Of a stretch of DNA of 16,142 nucleotides, positions 1-8,319 are shown in pieces. The DNA is from a virus: UHGV virus genome UHGV-0156413, one strand, 5' to 3'. The notes under the pieces are model-generated. The model worked only from the letters and a program-made list of their open reading frames with translations, ran no database searches and was not told the DNA's origin. The position numbers and the translations under genes were made by a program. The number at the start of each line of letters is the position of its first letter. Positions within the stretch are counted from its first letter, which is position 1.

Positions 1-49
1 TACAATGCGGGTTTGAGCGGCATAAATTACCACTGAAAGCCCTTAAACG

Positions 50-1063
50 TTACTCTACTGTGGACACTGTGTGGACACTCTCGGCCTCAGTACCACCTCT
101 TAGCGGATTAAGAGAAATGGCGTCCTGAAGGTACTCTGGCGCAAAATGAGCGTAAACCATAGTTTGCTCAATCCGCGTGTGACCTAGTATCCGTTGTAGC
201 GTGATAATACTTCCTCCATTAATCATGAAATGAGTGGCAAAGCTGTGCCTTAGTGCATGTGTGGCTTGCCCCATTGGCAAATCCGGTTTTATTGCTTTCA
301 TTGTTCGTCTGAAGCGAGGGTAATCAGCATCAGGGAATAAAAAACCTCGTTTGTTATCCGCGATCATTTTGGCAACAGCCTCTGAGATCGGGACGGTGCG
401 TGGTTTGTTTGTTTTCGTTTTAACAAACGTGACGCGGTTATGGATGATATTTTCTGCTTTCAAACGAGCTGCTTCTCCCCAACGTGCTCCAGTACTCAGG
501 CAAAGAATCGCAATCTTTTTGTTGTCGCCGTCAAGAGCAGCAAGCAGTAAGGCAATTTCTTCCTGCGTGAGATAGCCTGTGTCTGGTTTTTCCTCCTTAA
601 GCCTTTTTGTCCCTCTGATAGGGTGCTCACCAAAGAATAACTCCGCTTCAATCAGGGCTGTAAACATGCCGCTAATACATGTTAAATCACGATTGATACT
701 CGAAGGTTTAATACCCTGACTTCTTCGGGTGGCGCAGTACTGGCTGATAAGCGATTTCGTAATTTGAAATGCGCATGGGTCATTCGTTATTTTTGTGAAG
801 ATTTCAATTTTTCCAAGATTAGATTTCCCATGCTCTTCGTGTTTACCCTTTAAATCCCACCAGATCTGTGTCAGCTCCGACAGACGTCGCTTGTCTGTTG
901 GTTTTGATAGCCATTCTTTATTGTGGTGGTTGTACAACGTGTATTTCTCGAAAGCGACAGCTTCGCTTTTCTTATCAAACTTCCTACGGATGCGTTTTCC
1001 ATTACGTCCAGTAGGGCGGATGTCCACTTCATATCGACCATCATCGAGTTTTTTGATTGCCAT
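50..1063 (-). CDS. int: Tyrosine site-specific integrase (P2 Int-like)
   Basis: 337-aa ORF; C-terminal region HALRHSFATHFMINGG...LGHTRIEQTMVYAH fits the tyrosine-recombinase catalytic signature. Lies downstream of the repressor on the same strand, as in P2. No att core recognised in nt 1-49. Confidence 0.93.
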   Translation of the reverse strand: MAIKKLDDGRYEVDIRPTGRNGKRIRRKFDKKSEAVAFEKYTLYNHHNKEWLSKPTDKRRLSELTQIWWDLKGKHEEHGKSNLGKIEIFTKITNDPCAFQITKSLISQYCATRRSQGIKPSSINRDLTCISGMFTALIEAELFFGEHPIRGTKRLKEEKPDTGYLTQEEIALLLAALDGDNKKIAILCLSTGARWGEAARLKAENIIHNRVTFVKTKTNKPRTVPISEAVAKMIADNKRGFLFPDADYPRFRRTMKAIKPDLPMGQATHALRHSFATHFMINGGSIITLQRILGHTRIEQTMVYAHFAPEYLQDAISLNPLRGGTEAESVHTVSTVE

Positions 1064-1178
1064 CAGAAAACCCTCCGAGTGGTGTGTTTTTTTGCGACTA
1101 CTAATCGCTTTTTTCGTGGTGGCTCAAATTTAGCCACCAATAGTAGGCACTTGTGATGAATATATTCACGATGAATTG

Positions 1179-1478
1179 TTAACCAGTCTTTTGACCGGAG
1201 TGGGGCGACGTTGTTTCGTTTTGCCCAAAGTGTGCGAGAGCGGGCGCAATTTGCCCGGACTCAGGAGCGATCTGATTGGTCATGAACCATAAAGTGTATT
1301 TGGTGAATTGTGGGGTCTGCAGGATGTTCATCATGACATCTGTTGGAGGTGTTGAACGACCACTTTCATAGTAACTCAGCGTGCCATACGGAACCCCTGT
1401 TAAATCAGCAAGTTGTTGTCTGCTCAAATACTCTGATTTTCGCATTAAGACTATCTTCTCGCTTATCGTGTTTGACAT
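1179..1478 (-). CDS. C: Immunity repressor (P2 C-like, helix-turn-helix)
   Basis: 99-aa ORF with N-terminal HTH-like segment (LSRQQLADLTGVPYGTLSYYESG); divergent from cox and upstream of int, the P2 arrangement. Length matches P2 C as I recall it. Confidence 0.88.
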   Translation of the reverse strand: MSNTISEKIVLMRKSEYLSRQQLADLTGVPYGTLSYYESGRSTPPTDVMMNILQTPQFTKYTLWFMTNQIAPESGQIAPALAHFGQNETTSPHSGQKTG

Positions 1479-1592
1479 GGTGTTTAGATCTCAATAGTAT
1501 TTAGTTTAGATGTAGATTGTTTAGTGCTTGGATGTGGGCACTAAAAGGCATTATAAGACATTAAACGCAATTCATGAGGGCTAGAGGACGAC
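1479..1592. promoter_or_regulatory. Lysogeny/lytic switch region between C and cox (expected repressor and early promoters plus operators)
   Basis: 114-bp AT-rich spacer between divergent C and cox; direct repeats GTTTAGATGT (1504-1513) and GTTTAGTGCT (1519-1528) are candidate repressor half-sites. Exact promoters not resolved. Confidence 0.5.
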
Positions 1593-1868
1593 ATGAGCAA
1601 GCAAGTAACACTCATGACTGATGCGATTCCTTATCAGGAGTTCGCAAAACTAATAGGAAAATCGACAGGAGCGGTTCGTCGGATGATCGATAAAGGAAAG
1701 CTGCCTGTAATTGATATGACCGATCCACAATCAGCTTCAGGTCGTGCAGGTGAATATTGGGTATACCTTCCGGCATGGAATAACGGACTAAAACTGGCTT
1801 ATGAAAGCCGCCCTAAAGAGATTCGTGACGGCTGGTTGATGTGGTTAGGTCTCGGTGAACCACGTTAA
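1593..1868 (+). CDS. cox: Cox-like excisionase / early-operon regulator
   Basis: 91-aa ORF, first gene rightward of the switch, opposite to C. Size and position match P2 Cox; start codon preceded by GAGG. Confidence 0.88.
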   Translation: MSKQVTLMTDAIPYQEFAKLIGKSTGAVRRMIDKGKLPVIDMTDPQSASGRAGEYWVYLPAWNNGLKLAYESRPKEIRDGWLMWLGLGEPR

Positions 1869-1878
1869 GGAGAACCGT

Positions 1879-2049
1879 ATGAATGAGCCTCGTTGTATTG
1901 CTCAGTTACTGCGTAACGAAAGCCCCAGGGCGATTGACTTCACCATCACCCACGGTAAGGGGCGTAAGGGAATCATTATCCGCACCAAAAAACAGAGTCC
2001 GTTAAAAAAGGCTCTGACCTTTCTGAAAAGCCGGAGGGTATGGAAATGA
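1879..2049 (+). CDS. Small early-operon hypothetical protein
   Basis: Internal ATG at 1879 preceded by AAGGAG (about 1865-1870); basic 56-aa product; sits between cox and B where P2 has a small ORF. Function unknown. Confidence 0.45.
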   Translation: MNEPRCIAQLLRNESPRAIDFTITHGKGRKGIIIRTKKQSPLKKALTFLKSRRVWK

Positions 2050-2546
2050 CAGTGATGACGCTCAATCTCGTTGAAAAACAGCCAGCAGCTATGCGCCGGA
2101 TAATTGGCAAGCATCTTGCCGTCCCTCGCTGGCAGGATACATGTGATTATTATAATCAGATGATGGAGCGCGAACGGCTAACGGTTTGCTTTCATGCACA
2201 GTTAAAACAGCGTCACGCAACGATGCGTTTTGAAGAAATGAACGACGTCGAACGTGAACGACTGGTTTGTGCAATTGATGAATTGCGTGGCGCATTCTCA
2301 AAACGCCGTCAGGTTGGTGCAAGTGAGTATGCATATATTAGTTTTTTAACAGTCAGTCAGCGTCGCACTTTATTTATGCACGCACGACTGACTGAAAAAG
2401 AATTCAACCAGCCATACTGGCGAATTAATGAAGAATCATGTTACTGGCGTGATGCTTTGTTCCGTGCATTACGTGAATTATTCAGTCTGTTTGAGTATGC
2501 ACCGACAATTCTGACGTCGGTAAAACCAGAGCAATATCTGCATTAA
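2046..2546 (+). CDS. B: Replication protein B (helicase-loader-like, P2 gpB-like)
   Basis: ORF in the P2 B position; start at 2046 (MTVMTLNLVEK...) preferred over 2040 on Shine-Dalgarno spacing (GGAGGG at about 2029-2034). Length close to P2 B as recalled. Confidence 0.85.
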   Translation: MTVMTLNLVEKQPAAMRRIIGKHLAVPRWQDTCDYYNQMMERERLTVCFHAQLKQRHATMRFEEMNDVERERLVCAIDELRGAFSKRRQVGASEYAYISFLTVSQRRTLFMHARLTEKEFNQPYWRINEESCYWRDALFRALRELFSLFEYAPTILTSVKPEQYLH

Positions 2547-2567
2547 ATAATTAACCAGAGTTTTTAA

Positions 2568-2595
2568 CGCACTTAATCGTGCGGGGCTTCTTTTT
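2568..2595 (+). terminator. Weak hairpin plus T-run between B and the next ORF (possible attenuator/terminator)
   Basis: Stem CGCAC (2568-2572) / GTGCG (2579-2583), loop TTAATC, followed by GGGCTTCTTTTT. Short stem, so weak. Confidence 0.25.
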
Positions 2596-2609
2596 GCCTG
2601 GAGAAAGTC

Positions 2610-2834
2610 ATGCATACAGTTTCTGAAAATCAGTGCGGTATATACGCATTACTGCTGCAACAGGCCAGAACCGAAGCACAGGCCGACGCTGCGACGCGCT
2701 TTTCTTCTCATCTTGACGCCATGATTCGCCACATCACAAAGGCGGAGTTATCCCGCGTGGAGATAGTCGAGCTGCTCAGTCAGGAGTCGGAAAAATTTCA
2801 CAATATCGGATTGTCTCGCGGGAAGGTGCTTTGA
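2610..2834 (+). CDS. Hypothetical early protein (P2 orf80 position)
   Basis: 74-aa ORF with GGAGA upstream of ATG; stop overlaps next start (ATGA), suggesting translational coupling. Confidence 0.6.
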   Translation: MHTVSENQCGIYALLLQQARTEAQADAATRFSSHLDAMIRHITKAELSRVEIVELLSQESEKFHNIGLSRGKVL

Positions 2835-3136
2835 TGTCCTGTTCTCATTCAGTTGTATTACTGAATAACGCCTTAAAAATCGCCGTTATGAAAAATGGCG
2901 ATTTGTCTCTTATTCAACTTTGTCTTGATAAAGAAAAACGCGACATAACTGAATCTGTTATCGCGATTTATCAGAATGAATTAAACCTCCTGTCTGATGT
3001 GGTCAATTTACTTGTTAAACGCGCTGTATTCCACAAGCAAATTTCATCCGTGGATGAGCTGACAAAATTAACGACAGAAATCGCCAGCTATTGCGCTGAT
3101 GAATTCAAGAAACTGAACGATAAAAGGAGCTGGTAA
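2831..3136 (+). CDS. Hypothetical early protein (P2 orf81 position)
   Basis: 101-aa ORF, start overlapping upstream stop, same strand and operon context. Confidence 0.6.
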   Translation: MMSCSHSVVLLNNALKIAVMKNGDLSLIQLCLDKEKRDITESVIAIYQNELNLLSDVVNLLVKRAVFHKQISSVDELTKLTTEIASYCADEFKKLNDKRSW

Positions 3137-3360
3137 TGCCGGACAACGTAGATTTTATTCAGGAACAACAGGCTGAATTACTGGAGCGCCAGATTAACGC
3201 GGCAAGGGTAAAACATTGCGGTGTTTCTTCGCTGGTTTGCGAAGAGTGTGATGCGCCAATACCTGCTGCCCGTCGTGCGGCTTATCCGTCAGCCACGCGT
3301 TGTGTTTCCTGTCAGTCAGTCTTTGAAGCAAAAAACAAACATTACCGGAGAACGGCATGA
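3136..3360 (+). CDS. DksA/TraR-type C4 zinc-finger protein (P2 orf82 position)
   Basis: 74-aa ORF with C-x2-C-x17-C-x2-C (CEEC...CVSC), typical of TraR/DksA-family zinc fingers in phage early operons. Confidence 0.7.
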   Translation: MPDNVDFIQEQQAELLERQINAARVKHCGVSSLVCEECDAPIPAARRAAYPSATRCVSCQSVFEAKNKHYRRTA

Positions 3361-3632
3361 GTATTCGTATTGAAATTGGCGAACGTTATGTCGTTACCAG
3401 TGACAGCTTTCAGTTTATTCTCCACGAGAAAAAGAGAGCGGAAAGCGGTAAAAACGCCGGTCAGGAATGGCTGTCGGTGGTTGGTTATTACCCGAAATTA
3501 AGCCAGCTCGTTTCCGGCCTGATGCATCACGATATTCTGACCGGAAGCGCAAAGTCTTTTGCTGATTTAAACGCGCAGGTTGAGCAACTCAGCAAGCGTT
3601 GTTCAGAGGTTTTTGGCTCATATGGCAGTTAA
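3357..3632 (+). CDS. Hypothetical early protein (P2 orf83 position)
   Basis: 91-aa ORF, start overlaps upstream stop; its 3' end overlaps the start of A. Confidence 0.6.
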   Translation: MSIRIEIGERYVVTSDSFQFILHEKKRAESGKNAGQEWLSVVGYYPKLSQLVSGLMHHDILTGSAKSFADLNAQVEQLSKRCSEVFGSYGS

Positions 3633-5898
3633 AGCCTCCGGGCGTTGTGTCCCTCCGTCAGCATTTGCCGCAGGCACCGGTAAGACGTTTACCGGTGCTT
3701 ATGCATGGAACGCGCCACGCGAGGCCGTCGGGCGCGAAAGACCCCTTACACGTGACGAGATGCGTCAGGTGCAAGGTGTTTTATCCACGATTAACCGCCT
3801 GCCTTACTTTTTGCGCTCGCTGTTTACTTCACGCTATGACTACATCCGGCGCAATAAAAGCCCGGTGCACGGGTTTTATTTCCTCACATCCACTTTTCAG
3901 CGTCGTTTATGGCCGCGCATTGAGCGTGTGAATCAGCGCCATGAAATGAACACCGACGCGTCGTTACTGTTTCTGGCAGAGCGTGACCACTATGCGCGCC
4001 TGCCTGGAATGAATGACAAGGAGCTGAAAAAGTTTGCTGCCCGTATCTCATCGCAGCTTTTCATGATGTATGAGGAACTCAGCGATGCCTGGGTGGATGC
4101 GCATGGCGAAAAAGAATCGCTGTTTACGGATGAGGCGCAGGCTCACCTGTATGGTCATGTTGCTGGCGCTGCACGTGCTTTCAATATTTCCCCTCTCTAC
4201 TGGAAAAAATACCGTAAAGGGCAGATGACCACGAGGCAGGCATATTCTGCCATTGCCCGTCTGTTTAACGATGAGTGGTGGACTCATCAGCTTAAAGGCC
4301 AGCGTATGCGCTGGCATGAGGCGTTACTGATTGCTGTCGGGGAGGTCAATAAAGACCGTTCTCCTTATGCCAGTAAACATGCCATTCGTGATGTGCGCGC
4401 GCGCCGCCAGGCAAATCTGGAATTTCTTAAATCGTGTGACCTTGAAAACAGGGAAACCGGCGAACGCATCGACCTTATCAGTAAGGTTATGGGCAGTATT
4501 TCTAATCCAGAAATTCGCCGGATGGAGCTGATGAACACCATTGCCGGTATTGAGCGTTACGCCGCCGCAGAGGGTGATGTGGGGATGTTTATCACGCTGA
4601 CCGCGCCGTCAAAGTATCACCCGACACGTCAGGTCGGAAAAGGCGAAAGTAAAGCCGTCCAGCTAAATCACGGCTGGAACGATGAGGCATTTAATCCAAA
4701 GGATGCGCAGCGTTATCTCTGCCGCATCTGGAGCCTGATGCGCACGGCATTCAAGGATAATGATTTACAGGTCTACGGTTTGCGTGTCGTCGAGCCACAC
4801 CACGACGGAACGCCGCACTGGCATATGATGCTTTTTTGTAATCCACGCCAGCGTAACCAGATTATTGAAATCATGCGTCGCTACGCGCTCAAAGAGGATG
4901 GCGACGAAAGAGGAGCTGCGCGAAACCGTTTTCAGGCAAAACATCTTAACCGGGGCGGTGCTGCGGGATATATCGCGAAATACATTTCAAAAAACATCGA
5001 CGGCTATGCACTGGATGGTCAGCTCGATAACGACACCGGCAGGCCGCTGAAAGACACTGCAGCGGCTGTTACCGCATGGGCGTCAACGTGGCGCATCCCG
5101 CAATTTAAAACGGTTGGCCTGCCGACAATGGGGGCTTACCGTGAACTACGCAAATTGCCTCGCGGCGTCAGCATTGCTGATGAGTTTGACGAACGCGTTG
5201 AGGCTGCACGTGCCGCCGCAGACAGTGGTGATTTTGCGTTGTATATCAGCGCACAGGGTGGGGCAAATGTTCCGCGTGATTGCCAGACTGTCAGAGTCGC
5301 CCGTAGCCCGTCGGATGACGTTAACGAGTACGAGGAAGAAGTCGAGAGAGTGGTCGGCATTTACGCGCCGCATCTCGGCGCGCGTCATATTCATATCACC
5401 AGAACGACGGACTGGCGCATTGTGCCGAAAGTTCCGGTCGTTGAGCCTTTGACTTTAAAAAGCGGCATCGCCGCGCCTCGGAGTCCTGTCAATAACTGTG
5501 GAAAGCTCACCGGTGGTGATACTTCGTTACCGGCTCCCACACCTTCTGAGCACGCCGCAGCAGTGCTTAATCTGGTTGATGACGGTGTTATCGAATGGAA
5601 TGACACGGAGGTCGTGAGGGCGCTCAGGGGGGCATTAAAACACGACCTGAGAACACCAAATCGTCAGCAAAGAAACGGAAGCCCGTTAAAACCACATGAA
5701 ATTGCACCATCGGCCAGACTGACCCGGTCGGAAAGAATGCAAATTACCCGTATCCGCGTTGACCTTGCTCAGAACGGTATCAGGCCGCAGCGATGGGAGC
5801 TTGAGGCGCTGGCGCGTGGCGCGACCGTAAATTATTACGGGAAATCTTTCAATTATCAGGTCGCTGATGAGTGGCCTGGATTTTTGTTACCCATTTGA
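3622..5898 (+). CDS. A: Rolling-circle replication initiator (P2 gpA-like HUH endonuclease)
   Basis: Start taken at ATG 3622 (MAVKASG...) rather than the upstream ORF-track start. Contains HUH-like motif PHWHMMLF and tyrosine motif GYIAKYISKNIDGY typical of Rep/gpA nickases. Confidence 0.9.
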   Translation: MAVKASGRCVPPSAFAAGTGKTFTGAYAWNAPREAVGRERPLTRDEMRQVQGVLSTINRLPYFLRSLFTSRYDYIRRNKSPVHGFYFLTSTFQRRLWPRIERVNQRHEMNTDASLLFLAERDHYARLPGMNDKELKKFAARISSQLFMMYEELSDAWVDAHGEKESLFTDEAQAHLYGHVAGAARAFNISPLYWKKYRKGQMTTRQAYSAIARLFNDEWWTHQLKGQRMRWHEALLIAVGEVNKDRSPYASKHAIRDVRARRQANLEFLKSCDLENRETGERIDLISKVMGSISNPEIRRMELMNTIAGIERYAAAEGDVGMFITLTAPSKYHPTRQVGKGESKAVQLNHGWNDEAFNPKDAQRYLCRIWSLMRTAFKDNDLQVYGLRVVEPHHDGTPHWHMMLFCNPRQRNQIIEIMRRYALKEDGDERGAARNRFQAKHLNRGGAAGYIAKYISKNIDGYALDGQLDNDTGRPLKDTAAAVTAWASTWRIPQFKTVGLPTMGAYRELRKLPRGVSIADEFDERVEAARAAADSGDFALYISAQGGANVPRDCQTVRVARSPSDDVNEYEEEVERVVGIYAPHLGARHIHITRTTDWRIVPKVPVVEPLTLKSGIAAPRSPVNNCGKLTGGDTSLPAPTPSEHAAAVLNLVDDGVIEWNDTEVVRALRGALKHDLRTPNRQQRNGSPLKPHEIAPSARLTRSERMQITRIRVDLAQNGIRPQRWELEALARGATVNYYGKSFNYQVADEWPGFLLPI

Positions 5899-6158
5899 GT
5901 GAAAATGCAGCGTGATTTTATATGCCTTTGAATGGATTATGCGAAGCGCCTCTAAGGCAGATGAGGAGCAATAGCATGCTGAAGTAGAAGGCTAAATTGT
6001 ATTGAATCGCTAGCATGTAATTTAAGGCAGCTATTTGATTCGAGTCATAAAAGAGCATCTATTTCGGCTAATAAAACCATTGCGAGTGACCTTTTGTCGA
6101 AGCATAATTCATCTCGAGCGAAGTCTTGCTAGTCTTTCATCGGAATGATGACAGGCGC

Positions 6159-6188
6159 AAAAAAACCACCCTGGCAGGTGGTTTTTTT
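6159..6188. terminator. Bidirectional rho-independent terminator
   Basis: A7-CCACC (6159-6170), loop CTGGCA, GGTGG-T7 (6177-6188): GC stem flanked by an A-run and a T-run, so a U-tract follows the hairpin in either orientation. Lies downstream of A and just 3' of the minus-strand small ORF. Confidence 0.6.
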
Positions 6189-6200
6189 GTTTGAAGCATA

Positions 6201-6314
6201 CTAAAGAATAATACTTACATGGATATTACTGACGTTTACTGACAAACCACTTGGACTACCATATGGATAGCCAAAGAGGGCCAGAACGAGAATGCAGTAA
6301 TAGCACTTCTTCAT
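6201..6314 (-). CDS. Putative small hydrophobic peptide (37 aa; not in the ORF track)
   Basis: Minus-strand ATG at 6314-6312 preceded by CAGGAGGAGAT; translation MKKCYYCILVLALFGYPYGSPSGLSVNVSNIHVSIIL then stop; terminator immediately 3'. No homology assessed. Confidence 0.3.
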   Translation of the reverse strand: MKKCYYCILVLALFGYPYGSPSGLSVNVSNIHVSIIL

Positions 6315-6884
6315 ATCTCCTCCTGTAAGCAGAGGGCAATTTCCGCCGATATATGCGCTTCTAAGGCGGAGTTAATATTTAGCGAAGTCTTGCCCTGAAA
6401 TAATGCTCTGTTTAAACGCAAAGTGATCTGGCATATCACCGAACAGAGAGCCTGAACAACACAACATATAGTATGTCGTTGTTTCTGGTTGCATTTTATG
6501 TTGTGTAATACTGGTTTTGCATCAAGGATGTTTGAGCTTTTTTTGATATAGCTCAAAGTAAAAAGCAGGGACTACGGATGATAAGGTATTGAAAGCAATG
6601 TAAATTTTTTAAAGTTATTGGTGGCTAAAAAATGCACGATTTCAATGTGGCGGACTTAAATAAGCAATTAAAAAAGTCATAAATATCACTAAAATCATGG
6701 TGTTACGTTTTTTGTGGGAGCTGCGGTGACGCTTAAGTTGATTTGTCATTAAATAAGCCGTGCATGCAACAAGTGAATGTTTTTGCATGCGTCGGGGATG
6801 CCCGTTCCCGCTGCTTGCGGTCAGAGCTGGTGCGGATCCATAGTATCTATGCAACTGCATTAAAACCGCCACATGAAGCGGGCG

Positions 6885-6903
6885 GGCGAGGCGGGGAAAG
6901 CAC
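6885..6903. other. Putative cos site (19-nt cohesive-end sequence of P2-type phages)
   Basis: GGCGAGGCGGGGAAAGCAC at 6885-6903 matches the P2 cohesive-end sequence as I recall it; sits between A and Q as expected for a circularly permuted prophage. Memory-based, not searched. Confidence 0.55.
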
Positions 6904-6939
6904 CGCGCGTAAGATAAACAGAAGAGCGAAGGATTATGG

Positions 6940-6968
6940 TTGAGTATTTGTGTTTTTGTACATATGAT
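6940..6968 (+). promoter_or_regulatory. Candidate sigma70 promoter for the cargo operon
   Basis: TTGAGT (6940-6945), 17-bp spacer, TATGAT (6963-6968); followed by inverted repeat GTGTTT...AAACAC (about 6975-6997) and a GGAG Shine-Dalgarno before ATG 7010. Confidence 0.3.
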
Positions 6969-7009
6969 AAAAAGGTGTTTACGCTTAAAAACACATCAAA
7001 GGAGATGAT

Positions 7010-8311
7010 ATGGAAAATATAAAGATTGATAAGTTTCTCACTATTCAAAAAGTTGATATTCCTCTTAAGAAAGTGAATATATTTATTGGGCCTCAGGCAC
7101 AGGGGAAAAGTGTCATTGCAAAGCTAATAAAATATTTTAAAGATTATCCTATGGATATACTACGAGCTTCAACAGAGGGTAAAACTAAAAGAGATATATT
7201 GAAGGAGCAAAAGAATAAGTTTAGTAAAATTTTCCCTCAGCAGTATTGGGCTGATGATGAGTTTTTTATTGAGTATAGTAATAAGCACTATTGGGTGCGG
7301 ATTACTAATCGAAAAAATAGCAAAGGGTCATTGAAAATAGCCCTTTCTGAGAATTTAACGAAGACGATTGCTAAACTTCGTTTGATTGTACGAAAGGATT
7401 TAGATGAAAATATTGAGAATTCACTTGCAGAAAGCGTTACGAGAAGGCGTAAACGCGGAATTGAACATGAATTGCGAGTATGTCTTTCTCTAGGATTGTT
7501 TTCAGAACCAGAAACAAAGCTTGAAAGTGTTTTTTATATCCCCGCAGGGCGCTCTTTTTTTGCTAATTTGCAAAAAAATGTGTTTTCATTTTTATCCAGT
7601 AGTATAGAAATTGACTACTTTTTGACAGAGTTTGGTTCTCTGTATGAACAAACAAAAAAATTATTTAACCAAGATTACATGATTAGGATGCTTAGGGGGG
7701 CTGTGCCTCAACATGTTAATAAACTTGTGGAGGAGTTGATTTGCGGAAAATATATAACAGAAAAGGGTGAGGATTTTATTCGTCATGCTGCTAAGAAGAC
7801 GAATCTTAACAACTCGAGCTCAGGGCAGCAAGAAGCGTTACCAATGGCTTTAATGTTATCCTCATGGCCGTATTTACAGTCTATGACTAGTAAGAGTTTT
7901 ATTATTGAGGAGCCGGAGGCTCATCTGTTTCCTTCTGCCCAAGCAAAAGTTGTATCTTTAATAGCCTCAGCGTATAACCAAGCAGAAAGCTATTGTAGCT
8001 ATACAATAACAACACATAGTCCATATATTCTAAGTGCCTTCAATAATTTGATTCAAGCAGGTAATGCATTGAAGTGTATTAAGGGCAAGAATAATACCGA
8101 TATCGAACGCTTATATAAGCTTGTTCCAGAGTCTCAAATTATTGATTTTGATGATGTGACAGCTTATATGGTTAATGCTGGGAAAGTGACGGAAATACTG
8201 GATTCCGAACTAAATATATTAGATGCGAATGAAATAGATAGGATTTCCTCTATTTTTTCAGAGACTTTTGATGCATTGATTGATATCGAATATTCGGCTA
8301 CTGTGAATTAG
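7010..8311 (+). CDS. ABC-type ATPase of the AAA_21/OLD-like family (candidate defence ATPase)
   Basis: 433 aa. Walker A GPQAQGKS (aa 27-34), signature-like SSGQQ (aa 269-273), Walker B/D-loop FIIEEPEAHLFP (aa 297-308), H-loop TTHSP (aa 334-338). AT-rich codon usage unlike the phage backbone. Confidence 0.85.
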   Translation: MENIKIDKFLTIQKVDIPLKKVNIFIGPQAQGKSVIAKLIKYFKDYPMDILRASTEGKTKRDILKEQKNKFSKIFPQQYWADDEFFIEYSNKHYWVRITNRKNSKGSLKIALSENLTKTIAKLRLIVRKDLDENIENSLAESVTRRRKRGIEHELRVCLSLGLFSEPETKLESVFYIPAGRSFFANLQKNVFSFLSSSIEIDYFLTEFGSLYEQTKKLFNQDYMIRMLRGAVPQHVNKLVEELICGKYITEKGEDFIRHAAKKTNLNNSSSGQQEALPMALMLSSWPYLQSMTSKSFIIEEPEAHLFPSAQAKVVSLIASAYNQAESYCSYTITTHSPYILSAFNNLIQAGNALKCIKGKNNTDIERLYKLVPESQIIDFDDVTAYMVNAGKVTEILDSELNILDANEIDRISSIFSETFDALIDIEYSATVN

Positions 8312-8319
8312 GTGATTGA

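Noticed and set aside
1-49. attL core adjacent to the integrase 3' end
   Set aside because: Expected nearby from P2 organisation, but no sequence I can confidently match to a P2-family att core lies in the 49 nt available; it probably falls outside the window.
351-1156. Plus-strand ORFs 351-575, 795-1133 and 923-1156 overlapping the integrase
   Set aside because: They lie antisense within a well-supported integrase gene and have no ribosome-binding sites; typical shadow ORFs.
3599-5606. Multiple ORFs on both strands inside gene A (for example 3599-3931, 4048-4317, 5114-5452, 5146-5394)
   Set aside because: Alternative-frame or antisense ORFs within a long GC-rich gene whose own frame has the Rep motifs.
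6790-6910. GC-rich block in an AT-rich island, considered as a possible retron msr/msd or other structured ncRNA
   Set aside because: No reverse transcriptase gene nearby, and the GC-rich core matches the P2-type cohesive-end sequence, so cos is the simpler explanation.
6311-7048. Island ORFs from the track: 6311-6556 (-), 6642-6872 (-), 6743-6943 (+), 6860-7048 (-)
   Set aside because: No credible ribosome-binding sites; they cross the putative cos site or the cargo promoter and have low-complexity translations. The 37-codon ORF at 6201-6314 is the only small ORF here with good translation signals.
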